A program made the translations under genes and the position numbers. A DNA stretch of 64,000 nucleotides, taken from the NCBI GenBank assembly GCA_043228905.1, contig JBHGNT010000007.1, positions 8,308,001-8,372,000 of the forward strand, written 5' to 3'. This stretch comes from Azolla caroliniana. Taxonomy: Eukaryota; Plantae; Polypodiophyta. The notes under the pieces were generated by a model, which was given only the letters and a program-made list of their open reading frames with translations, searched no databases and was not told the DNA's origin. Positions 1 to 11,659 of the stretch are shown in pieces. Within the stretch, counting starts at the first letter, position 1. Each line of letters begins with the position of its first letter.

Positions 1-37
1 TACTAATTCCCTCTCTGTTTCAGTACTTTTATTGACA
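1..37 (+). mobile_element. 3' end of an LTR of the same family as the chromovirus at 22060
   Basis: TACTAATTCCCTCTCTGTTTCAGTACT...TGACA matches the LTR end at ~22427-22463. Confidence 0.75.
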
Positions 38-304
38 ATGAGAGTTTGAATACCTCATGTGACGACTTCGTCCAAGATAACAATTCTTTCTGTGAAAACA
101 ATTTTATAAAAGTTCTATTTCAAAAGCTTGTAGAAACTCTACCAACGAGTGTTAGTTTGATTTTGCTTCACGACTATCCCCTACAATAGTTTAATTAGTG
201 TCCAACGTTCTATTTTCTTCTTTATAAATTATTAATTGGATCTCTGAAAACATTGCGGAAATGAGGAAGCCATTACGTGAGGACAAATGAAAAAGTGCAA
301 TAGG
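38..304 (+). repeat. tRNA-Ser-derived satellite, partial unit
   Basis: Begins with a degenerate tRNA T-arm/acceptor half; downstream spacer matches units at ~3420-3730 and ~20650-20960. Confidence 0.8.
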
Positions 305-2890
305 TGTCACAGACATGACAACAGTTATGTGAAGATTTGAACTCGTGACCTCTTATATATAGTCAAGTGTTGTGTTCTTACCAACACGTCCAAATATATG
401 GTCATGTTATGTATATCTTAGTAGATTATTAGTAGATTATCTATTTCAAGTTCTAGGAGTTTTTAGAAAGTTCTAGAACTAGAAGGTTTTAGACGGTTCT
501 AGAATATTCAACCGAATATTCTTATGCATGTACTTCGACTCATAGTATAAATACTTGTAACCTCCTTGGTCCCTTTCAAGGGATTCAACACCAGTCATTG
601 ACACATCAATCTAGTATTCTCGTTTCGCCCCATCTTCTCTCCTTTATTTACATCTCTGTCTTTATGCTCTTGTAATGTTCCTAGCATCTTAAGTTCCTCA
701 TCTCGTCGCTCCCAACTTCCTGAGTTTCAATCCCCATCACATCGAGTTCCACGTTCGTAGCTTATCAGTCATAGCCTCGTCATTTGTGCTTTGTCGTAGT
801 CTAGGGTTGGTGTGTTCGTGACTGTTTGAATCCCTTCCAACTAGAAGCATCACCCATCTCCGTAATCTCCCTTTGCTTCTAGAGTTACCATCGTCACCAT
901 CTTTGCTTCCAGAGTTACCGTCATCAACATCCCTTCGTTTCCTATCTTCCTCGCTATCGCTATCTCCTAGTTTATTCTCATCGTTGTCTCTGTCTTTTAA
1001 CTTCTTATCATGATCATCCCTATCTTTGTGCTTCTTATCATCCTCCACATCCTTATCTCTGTGTTTTTGGTCATTATCATCCTTCTCCCTTATTTCATGC
1101 CATTTTCATCTCTATCTATCTGTTTCTGACCATCACCATCCCTATCTATGTGTTATCTATGTGTTTCTTATCATCTTTGTCCTTGTCACTATTTTTCTAT
1201 CATCCTCTATATCTCTGTCTTTGTATTTCTTTTTATCCTCAACATCTCGATCTCTGTGTTTCTTGTCGTCTTCATTTATTTTATTGTTTCCATCATTGCT
1301 ATAGTCATAGTCATTGCTTCTAGAGACACTTCTTCAACATCATTGTCTTCATTGCTTCATCTTCGACATCATCATCTTCAGCACCTCTTGGTGTCGTCAT
1401 CAACACTACTTTGCCTAGCCTTTCATCGACATCAAGTGTTCCAGTTCTCGGTGAGGACTGCACATGGTCACTCACGTCTGTTGGTGTTCGCGTCTCCGAT
1501 GAGGACCGCACATGGTCACTCACGCCCGTTGGTGTTCGCATCTCCGGTGAGGACCACAGATGGTCGCTCGCCCCCGTTGGTGTTTGCATCTCCTTTGAGG
1601 AACACACATGGTTGCTCGCCCCCATTGGTGTTCGCGTCTCAGGTGAGGACCGCACATGGTCGCTCACATCCATTGGTGTTTGCGTCTCCGGAGAGGATTG
1701 TACATGGTCTCTCACACCCGTTGGTGTTCACGTCTCTGGTGGAGCACCGTACATGGTCGCTCACCCCCGTTGATGTTCGTTGGTGTTCATGTCTCTAGTG
1801 ATGACCGTACATGGTCTCTCACGCCCGTTGGTGTTCCAACTCCCGGTAAGGACCGCACATGGTCGCTCACGTCCGTTGGTGTTGGCGACTCTGGTGAGGA
1901 GCGCAAATGGTCGCTCATTTCCGTTGATGTTCGTGTCTCCGATGAGGACCGTACATGGTCTCTCATGCCCGTTGGTGTTCGTGTCTCTGATGAGGACGGT
2001 ACATGGTCGCTCACCCCCGTTGGTGTTCTAGTTCTTGGTGAGGACCGCACATGGTCGCTCACGTTCGTTGGTGTTCCAGTTCCCGGTGAGGACCACACAT
2101 GGTCGCTCACGTCCGTTGGTGTTCCAGTCCCCGGTGAGGACCACACATGGTCGCTCACCCCTGTTGGTGTTCCAGTATACAGTGAGGGTTGTACATGGTC
2201 GCTCACCCCCTTGATGTTCCAGTTTCCGGTGAGGACCACACATGGTTGCTCGCGTTCACCCGTGCTCCGATTTCTGGTGAGGACTGCTCATGGCCACTCA
2301 CTCCTCAACATACTTTGATTTTCTCTTTCAACTCACCCATACACCATGCTTTCGAAAAGGGGAGGATAATATCACAGACATGACAACAGTCATGTCAAGA
2401 TTTGAACACTTAACCTCTTATATATAGTCAAGTGTTGTGTACTAACCAACACGTCCAAATATATGGTCATGTTATGTATATATCTTAGTAGATTATTAGT
2501 AGATTGTCTATTTCAAGTTCTAGGAGTTTTTAGAAAGTTCTAGAACAAGAAGGTTCTAGAGGTTTCTAGAATATTCTCCCGAATATTCTAATGCATGTAC
2601 TTCGACTCACTGTATAAATACTTGTAACCTCCTTGGTCCCTTTCAAGGGATTCAACACCAATCATTGACACATCAATCTAGTATTCTCGTTTCGCCCCAT
2701 CTTCTCTCCTTGATTTACATCTCTGTCTTTATGTTGTTGTATTGTTCATAGCGTCTTAAGTTCCTCATCTCATCGCTACCAACTTCCCAAGTTTTGATCC
2801 CCATAACGTCGGGTTCCACATTCGTAAGCTTATCAGTCATAGCCTCGTCATTTTGCTTTGTCATAGTCTAGGGTTGGTGTGTCCGTGACA
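305..2890 (+). mobile_element. Non-autonomous LTR retrotransposon (chromovirus-type ends, no gag/pol)
   Basis: LTRs 305-823 and 2370-2890; TSD ATAGG (300-304, 2891-2895); PPT AAAAGGGGAGGATAA 2355-2369; internal region is low-complexity sequence plus a tandem array. Confidence 0.9.
1430..2300. repeat. 48-bp tandem array, about 18 copies
   Basis: Unit ~GGTGAGGACCGCACATGGTCGCTCACGCCCGTTGGTGTTCGCGTCTCC; 16-aa periodicity in the ORF track. Confidence 0.95.
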
Positions 2891-3124
2891 ATAGGCTCAT
2901 CGAATCGGTTTGTAAATATAATTGCACAACCATGATGATGCTCCAATGAATTACTTCACCCAATTGGTGAAGTCCTATATCTCATAACAACGTGGGGAAT
3001 TCCTTTAGTAGGGTCAATTGGCGTCACTCCTCGCTAGATTTGACAATTGTGATGGTTACACCAACAATGTAGATGGGGTCTATTTCATTCTGAAAGAACC
3101 TGTTTCCATACTTTTCATAATTGA

Positions 3125-3206
3125 ATCACTTTTGCCGAGTGGTTGAGGTGTGTGCCTGCTAAGTACATGGGGTTTCCCCACGAGAGTTCGAATCTCTCAG
3201 GTGACG
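3125..3206 (+). pseudogene. tRNA-Ser(GCT) degenerate copy
   Basis: 82 nt; GCT anticodon and T-arm intact; acceptor and D-arm mismatches. Confidence 0.8.
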
Positions 3207-3990
3207 ACTTCATGCAAGTCTGTGGTCTAGCACTTCCAAATAATTGATTGCTTTCAACTATTGTTGAAGCCATTTTAATTGCAAAAGTGTTAAATGGCTA
3301 AATGCCTTGGAGTGAAAACACTTTCATGGTAGTTTTGTTTTAAATATTCATATAAAGTCTACTAATTCGTCTCTACTTTTATTTTGTTTTCAGAAGTGTC
3401 ACTTTCAATAATTCCCCACGAGAGTTTGAATCCCTCATGTGACAACTTCATCCAACATAATACTTCTTTGTGTGAAAATGATTTTATAAAAGTTCCATTT
3501 CGAAAGCTTGTAGAAACTCTACCCACAAGTGCTAGTTTGATTTTTTTTCACGAATATGCCCTAGAATAGTTTAATAATATCCAATATTCTATTTTCTTCT
3601 TTATGAATGCTTAATTGGATCTCTGCAAACATTGCGGAAATAAGGAAAATTGTAGTTCATTTAGGTCCATTGCGTCAGGTTTAAATATGGTGGCATCCAT
3701 TATCTAATGATAAATGAAAAAGTGTAATAGGCTCATCAAATCGGTTTGTAAATATAATTCCACAACCATGATGATGCTCCAATGAGTTACTTCATCCTAT
3801 TGGTGAAGTCGTATATCTCGTATTGATACATGGGGAATTCCATTAGTTGGGTTCAATTGGGATCACTCCTCCTCGCTAGTTTTGACAATTGTAATGGTTA
3901 CACCAACAATGTGGATCGGGTCTATTTCATTGCGGAAGAACTTGTTTCTGTACTTGTTATAACTGAATCAAGCACATTTCTTTTTCATGA

Positions 3991-4072
3991 GTCACTTTGG
4001 TCGAGTGGTTAAGGCGCGTGCATGCTAAGTACATCAGGTTTCCCCAGGAAACTTCGAATCTCTCAGGTGACG
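3991..4072 (+). pseudogene. tRNA-Ser(GCT) degenerate copy
   Basis: 82 nt; mutated variable arm and T-stem. Confidence 0.8.
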
Positions 4073-5837
4073 ACTTCATGCAAGTCTATGTTGCAGTACT
4101 TCCAAAGAACTGATTGCTTTCTACTATTGTTAAAACCATTTCAATTGCAAATGTGTTAAATGGCTAAATGCCTTGTAGTGAAAACACATTCATGCTAGTT
4201 TTGTTTTAAAAGTTCGGATAAAGTCTACTAATGCGCCTCTACTTTTATTTAGTTTTCAGAAGTGTCACTTTCAATGTTTCAAAAACACTACAACATTCTC
4301 TTTTGTTTTGTATCATTGCTTAATCAAATCTCTGAGGTAACGACTTCACACAAGTTTGTGTTTTAGTACTTCCAAAGAATTGATTGCTTTCTACTATTGT
4401 TGAAGCCATTTCAATTGCAAAAGTGTTAAAATGCTAAATGCCTTGGAGTGAAAACACTTTCACTGTAGTTTTGTTTTAAAAGTTTGGATAAAGTCTACTA
4501 ATTCATCTCTACTTTTATTTAGTTTTCAGAAGTGTCACTTTCAATGTTTCAAAAACACTCCAACATTCTCTTTTGTTTTGTATCATTGCTTAATCTTATA
4601 TCTGAAAGCATTGGCAAAACGAGGAACCTTTGAGATCCTTTCGTTGAATTTCATGTTATTTAAATTTGATAGTGTAAAGAATCAGGTATGATTGTTGTGT
4701 AGCGGAAAAGATGTGTGTTATGTGTATGTGTGAGAGGAATTAGAGGAGAGAAGAGAGAACACAAGATATATAGAAAAAGGAACACAAAGTAGAATAGCAA
4801 ATACAAAATGTAGCATTACAAGGGGTCACATATGACTTAGTATGAAGTATGAGGAGGGTGCTTTATATATAGTTACCCTCTCTCTTCATTAACTAACTAC
4901 AACAACCACTCTCTCTTGGGGAATGTGAAGACTTATAGTCATGGGGAATATGTAACTCATTAGTTATGTGTCATAGAATGTGATTCTATGACACATTGTT
5001 AATGTGTGGAGAGTAGTGGTGTGACTCTTCACCTTTGAGTAATCATAGATTCTTAGAAGGTGTGTTCACATGTTGCACTATGTTGAGCTTGATTCTCAAC
5101 ACGCGCCCTCAAGCTAAACTCGGGTCGGTTCCTTTCGATTGATGTCCGCTTCGGTTGGTATCCGGTTCAGATGACGATCTCCGAAGTCCGATTCGGCTCG
5201 TACCCGGTTCAGACGGTATCCGGTTCTCGCTTGTACTCCCCCTCAAGCTTGGCAAGTCAGGGATCATCAATCCAAGGTCTGACATGAATTGTCGAAGCTT
5301 GTCAACCCCTAGGGCCTTGGTGAAGATGTCGGATATCTGAAGATTCGTGTTGATGTGTAGAAGATCGACATCTCCGGCCTGGACACGCTCTCGAATGAAG
5401 TGGTAGTGCATTTCGATATGCTTTGTGCGTGCATGGAACACCGGGTTCCGAGCCAGATATATATTGCTCATGTTGTCGTAGTAAATAGGAGTTAGATCCT
5501 TGATGGGAACGAACACATTCGCGTTCACAAGTGGAAGCATCGCGCATAAATGGAAGGATAAGGAAAATTTTGGTTGATTTTAGGGCTTTTTCAAACATAC
5601 TATGAAAAAGGTTAAAAATCCACTATTTTCGTGATTTAGAAGTAACTAAAAAAAGAGGAATTTTGAAAAAGTTACATTCTCAATTTATAACACAAACTTT
5701 ACAACCAATGTTATTTTATAAGAAATGATTTTTTAGAAATCATAAGAATTCAAAACACATGCTTTTATATTACTCGATTTGTTACAAGCGGAATGTAGTT
5801 ACACTTAATAGCCAAATATACATCCGTGATCACTCCT

Positions 5838-7559
5838 TTACAGAGAATCACTACTATAACTAATATACAATGACAATTCCTCCTCGTCATCCTCGGATGT
5901 ACCAATCAGTGCATTATCTTCGTCATAAACCAAATGGTTTGACTCTAGATTATATATAGCAAATCTCGTTGGCCTTTGACTCGAGCCACCTTGTAGACCT
6001 GGTAATTTTTCTTTTATTATATCTATTGTTGACTTCCTTAATCGTCTGGCTTTTGTAAGTGTGAAGTCGTACACAATGATATCCACATCAGAGACATCAA
6101 GGGTCGAGGTGTTACGAATATTTCGCTTCCTCTTCCTACCTCCCCTTCTTGTTGGGCATTCAATCATCTCCAATATATACTTACCTGTAAAAGCATTTGC
6201 ACTTCTAGTGTTGTACCAATGAACATTTATAAACTTGATCGTGTTTTCTATTTCATGCATTAGCACTTCTAGAATTTTACCAACCCAAAATTGGTGGCCA
6301 TGTGAGTTCTCATCAACCGGCGTTGCAATCAACATCCCCGTCGTGAGCTCTTGCAAATTGCCTTGCCATCTAGCTTCGGCTGCTTTGGTCATCCTTGGTC
6401 CCACATAAATGTCTCTTTGTTGTGGATGGACCAAACTGTCATTAATCGCATTTGATGGTTGCTCCAGAGTTCTATTTACACAATCATGTTGCAACGACCA
6501 TGTGAATGGCGTTTCCAAATTCCAATTATCAGCAAATACACAATTATCTATAATTCCTTTCTGATCACTATAAAATACATCCCACCATGACGTGTCTTGT
6601 TGTGCGGCATATTTCTTGGCGGCCTCAATATGCTTTCTTTTTTCTTCTAAGGCTTGGAGCCATAACCGTTATTGTTCTGATACCAAGTCACTCTACAACT
6701 ATCCTTTCTTCTCAATTGGCATTTGCTTAACTCCATGGACAATTGTACTGGGCATACAAAGTAATAACTAGCAACCACCTTCAGGTTCCCATGTTGTAGA
6801 AGATGAATATTGTTTAGCATACAAAAGTGTAGAACCACTTGTTTCATTTTTCTTTATCATAAAAATGTGATTGAAGCTTATATTGTTTAACTGGGCAAGC
6901 ACTTTAACATTCCCAACACCCCCATCTGATATATATCTCTTAAAGTCATATACCTCCTTCAAGTGTAACACTTTTGGGCATGGTGTATATACATCACAAA
7001 TGACATCAAATAGTTTAGGTAATGTGAAAGCATCATGCCGAGACAACTGTTTGGAGAATGTGCTAAACATCTTATCTATATGATCATGTGTGTGGCCAAC
7101 CAAAAGAAAATTGACTTTCACTTTCCTAAACAATCCTTGGATGACCAGCAAGAAAATTGACTTTCACTTTCATCTTCGTGGGATTCTTCTAATATGCATA
7201 GGGCTTCCAGATTTCTCTTCCTGCATAGAAGTTGGTGTAATCTTGTTATTATCCAATTCTTTGTTGTGACCATCGCCCCTGATATTCGATGTTTCATTGG
7301 CACTACCTTCATTCTCCGTATCTTTATTAATATCGTATTCTTCAATAGAGAACTCTTCACATGTGTCATTATTCACATTCGTTGTAGGTGAAGATGAGCT
7401 CAAACAATACTCTTCGATAGAATATGGTGAGTCTATCGACAAACAATATTCTTCAATAGAGAATGGTGAGTCTATCGACAAACAATACTCTTCGGTAGAA
7501 AACGAAGAGTCTGATGACAAACAATATTCTTCAATCGAGAACGGTGAATCTTGACTCAT
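5838..7559 (-). pseudogene. DDD transposase (Sola-like), internally deleted
   Basis: FLLVGHTHDHIDKMFS motif; N-terminal 13-aa repeats SPFSIEEYCLS; middle part missing at ~7150 relative to copy 2. Confidence 0.75.
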
Positions 7560-8382
7560 GGCTTAATGTCTAGACAGAGCTCTTTAAGTTATGTGCTTAG
7601 GCTAAGGGGAAAAACTAATAAGCTCCTATGTAAACATTTACTCCTCTCTAAACAAAAGCTCCCTCAATATAATGTCTATATTATTTGATATTATATTAAT
7701 ACAATACATAAAAATATTATTTTTAATATAGTAATTATATTTAACATATTAATAATTACTTAAACTAGTATATATGAAGTTAAATCAAGTATAATATAAT
7801 TACAATCATTACCAAGCCATAAATATGTTGGATTAAAGTTTAAATCATTGGTTAATTAATGGCACCCATATTTAATATAGAACTTCTCAATCATTGGTTC
7901 ATTAATGGCACCATTTTAAATATAAGACTTTTCAATCATTGGTTCATTCATGCCCACATCTTTAATACAAAGCAATTAAGAGTCATAAAAAACTTGATTT
8001 CAATAATCAATCATTGGTTCATTCATGAACCTCTATCATTGTTTCCTTCATGACCTTCAAAGTCATTGTAAGTTATTTTGACTATAAAATATTCATCAAA
8101 TGTTAGTTTGACTTTGTAATCATTAATGCAATCATAAGTTACTCAAGTTAATGTGATTGTGGTTACTAACTAATTAACCTCACGCTTGCCAACCCTGGTT
8201 AAGTTGATTGTGGTTACTTTAACCACTATGGTCAATCCCTATAAATAGGAAGACCTCGTCATATTTCACTCACACAAAACACGAGAGCGCACAAGAGCAC
8301 ACAGAGAAAACAGAGCAAACAAAGCACACAGAGCACGAAGCACGAAAGCGTGATCTCCGCCTACACTTCGATAAGATCAACC
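7560..8382. promoter_or_regulatory. Divergent promoter region between transposase and methyltransferase genes
   Basis: Four AATCATTGGTT (inverted CCAAT) repeats ~7843-8019; TATAAATAGG ~8240; conserved in copy 2 (~55380-56190). Confidence 0.55.
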
Positions 8383-11300
8383 ATGTCTTCAAAGAAAATC
8401 GAGTGCCAAGACTCCAGGTAGCTTAAAATAGTAGAAAATAACCCACAAATTACCTTTACGATACCAAATTCAAGTCTATCATATGCAAATTCTCTACAAT
8501 ATGGATATGGAATCAATATAAGTCATACCTGCCCTTCAAGACAATATATATCCTTGTATACTTATTAGGATATATATTTCTAAGTTGAATAGCACTTACT
8601 AGAATAGATTTCTGAATATAGGACTACCATGTACACTCAATGCATGATTGATATTTATAGTTCACCACAAATCGCCTGCAAGTTTATTTCTTTATCTAAT
8701 TATTTGTATTTTAATATACAACCTTAATCTACGTGACCACCTAACTAATGTTTTCGCATGTCCTTTCTTAAATAGGTTGTTTGAGAACTAGTCGGACCAA
8801 CCTGTGAAGAAGATAAAGCTCCACATACAGGGTTCTCCAATTGAAACACAGACCCTAGTAGTTCTCGAGTTCATGAAGATGCAGATTCGGCCAACATACT
8901 TGTAATCATAGAGCGCTCTAAGGGGGTACGTAAAGTGTTCCTTTCAGAAGATCTTCTAGTAAAGGAATCTTGTGGGCCAGAAGCGTTCAAAAAATATCTT
9001 GAAAGCTCACAAAACCTTATTGTTACCTTGAGGCCTTATATACAAGGTCATGTAACTCAAAGGGAGGCATTGCCCTCCCCAGTGAAGGCCACGAAAAGGG
9101 CATCTAAAGTACAATCCAGACCACCAAAAAAGAAGACCACCAAAATGTCGGACTTCGATTCATCAAGTGAAAATGAAGATGAGGACAATAAGGGGACGAC
9201 ATGACCTAAGCTGGCATTGGGTGTATTGTCATCGGAACAGAATAAGATAAGGAGAGAGTTAATGCAGCGTAAACTGGTCAGGAAAGGGCAAGTGTTTAAT
9301 TTGCCTATAACACACATCCATCGACCCCCTATTGATGAAAAAACAGGAAAAAGACCACTTGAGCTTAGAGAGCCACACTGCATGCATGTTCAAAATCTCA
9401 AGAAAAAAATGAAAATTAATCCTCATGCCACTGTTGTGTCTTTTATTGTTATGGTGGATCCTGAAGAATGTGAAACCATTGAAGATTTTGATATAGGAAA
9501 GCATGATCAATATAATTACTTTGTCATTGGTGGATCGCATTCAGCAGAGGCACGTTGGCAACTTGTGAGAGAACATCCAACGACTTTCATCTTCAAGTAT
9601 GCCGAGTGCAAAATTTACGTGGGGTCACAACTGAAGAGGCAAAGTTGTTGGCATGGACCACAATAATGATAATGACTATAGGCAGAAAATGTCGTCGATT
9701 GAGCGTATAAGGTTCTTCCACCATGAGTATTTGGACGTGAAACAAAAGTTTGGTGTAAAGCTACATCCAGGTCTACGACGTCAATGCCTGCATTAAGTCG
9801 GCATTGTGGTAGATGATAATGTTAAATCCGATGGTCTTCGAAAATATGAGTCTTGGTTTCAACTGGCCTTTAGAGATGGAGAAGTATGGGACCTACAAGA
9901 TCAAATCTTCTCAATGTGGGAGAATAAGGAGGTAAAGGGTCAACGACAAAAGAAATGTAAGGTTGACCCTCAACTAGAGTTAAAGTCACAAGCGGCCAAG
10001 AAAATTGACTTGACAATTGAAGAAGCAATTGAGGACATGAAGCTGTCTTTGTGGAGAGCTATGCAACGTATTAAGGACGAGCAACTTCTTGTGTCTGTTT
10101 TGTCAAGGGTTATGGCCAAAGATTTAAGCCTTGAAGAAATGGTCACTGAGTTCAATAAGTAAGTCTTTCAAATACTGATATTGAAGTGTATATGGTGTAA
10201 TTCAAAGTTCTAATCTTGATTTCTAATTTCACAGTCATAAGGTGTACATGAAGATCGAAGAAGTTATGATGAAACAACTTGGATGTATAAGTTGGGAACA
10301 AGTGACCGAGGATTATCCTCTAACGTCTTCATATAAGGCGTTATCGGAGTATTTTATTGCAATCAAGGATTGGGTTAGTATTGGTGGTTTTTCATTACGC
10401 TTTCATCATATGTAGAGCTTGTATAATAATACTTGATGTCTTATTGCTTCTATTAGAAACTGTGTCGTGGCAAGAAACAAGGAGAAGGATATACACAATT
10501 TCCCAACATCCTTCCTTGCACATCTCGAGCAAGCCAGAAAAGAAAATGATCGTTGCTTAGTCAAGGCGTACGAAATGGAGGAAGATGACTCCTTTAAAAA
10601 ATTTAGCCACAAAAAAGATATTACCAAAGATCTTTACTACAATGTGGTTTGCGGCGATGATATACGCTAATGATTGTGGATATTCCTTACAGATTTTGAA
10701 TGGTTGGGTCATCATACAACGATGAACCGTTTAGGTTTAAACAGTTGGAGAAGATGGTCAAGGATTTCGCTGAGCTAACGACTGCATCCTTGTGGCGAAT
10801 AGTTGTGTTTCATAGTATGGACCAAGGGTACTCGATAGCTCAAGCTTTGAGATCTCGTAGCCATGGCATCGAGAACCTTGCATGGTAAGTATTATTTATA
10901 GGTCGCATTCACGATATTGCATTTCAATCTATTCTTAACTCAATGTATTATTTTTTATAGGATAAAAACCAATGTAAATAGAAGGCCAACCTTTCGGTTC
11001 GTTAATGCCATTGAATACGTCATGGTTGGCTACTTCGATGAAATTAAGAAACAAAGAATCAAGGAGCATTCTAATGAAGTGGGAGATTCAAATCTGCTGG
11101 TATATCCAGCAGTGACACAAAAATTGCGACATGTCACCACGACAGAACGAGGACTAGTCAACCCATACCAAAAACCTCGAAGGAGACTGGATATTAGATC
11201 TCTTTTCTGGCACAGGTATTCCTCGAACTAGGGTAACGATCTTGAGATAACCAATACCAAATCTTTTTTGTTTGACAACTAATTCTTCTTGTTACTTTCT

Positions 11301-11659
11301 TCACAGGAACGACGTTTGCATGTGCATTGAAGCTCTTTAGAAACACAGTTGCATTGGAGAAGGACGAGGAGCAGGTTATATTTATAAATATGAGGATTAA
11401 GGCTTTGTGGGAGTGCCCAGACCAGGATGAGGAGGTCGGTGCAAAGAACCTCGCTGATACAGAAAGGTTTCAACCTACTTTGTGAGAGCCTATTCCTCCG
11501 TTAGCCGGGGAACCGGGAGAGCTAATAGAGCTTGATGATGACCTTATAGAAGATATTTCGTTGGGTTGGCTAACAAGGGAAGCCAATGCACGTATAGCCG
11601 AAGAGAGTTCTACACAAGATGATGAAGAAAATGACATTGATGAATTGATTGCTATGTAA
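8383..11659 (+). pseudogene. Six-exon ParB/Srx-like domain + beta-class N6A/N4C DNA methyltransferase
   Basis: Exons ~8383-8417, 8776-10158, 10235-10373, 10458-10884, 10961-11215, 11307-11659 with GT-AG introns; YFVIGGSHSAEA (GGSH 9529-9540); DIPY 10679-10690; W-IKTN...E; NPYQKP; GDWILDLFSGT|GTTFACALKLFRNTVALEKD; several stops and deletions. Confidence 0.85.

Larger units (their letters stand above)
2891..4672 (+). repeat. tRNA-Ser(GCT)-containing satellite
   Basis: Recurrent ~0.85-kb units with tRNA copies and shared spacer blocks (CCACAACCATGATGATGCTCC..., GCCATTTCAATTGCAAAAGTG...). Confidence 0.9.

Noticed and set aside
1430-2300. 48-bp array as CRISPR or as a real gene
   Set aside because: No unique spacers; the ORFs follow from the in-frame unit length
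2925-3120. ATGATGA in the satellite spacer as the C box of a snoRNA next to the tRNA
   Set aside because: No consistent CTGA D box or terminal stem across units
8383-11659. Bacterial contamination or restriction-modification locus as the source of the methyltransferase
   Set aside because: The gene has conserved spliceosomal introns and lies within TIRs nested in plant retrotransposons; no nuclease partner is seen
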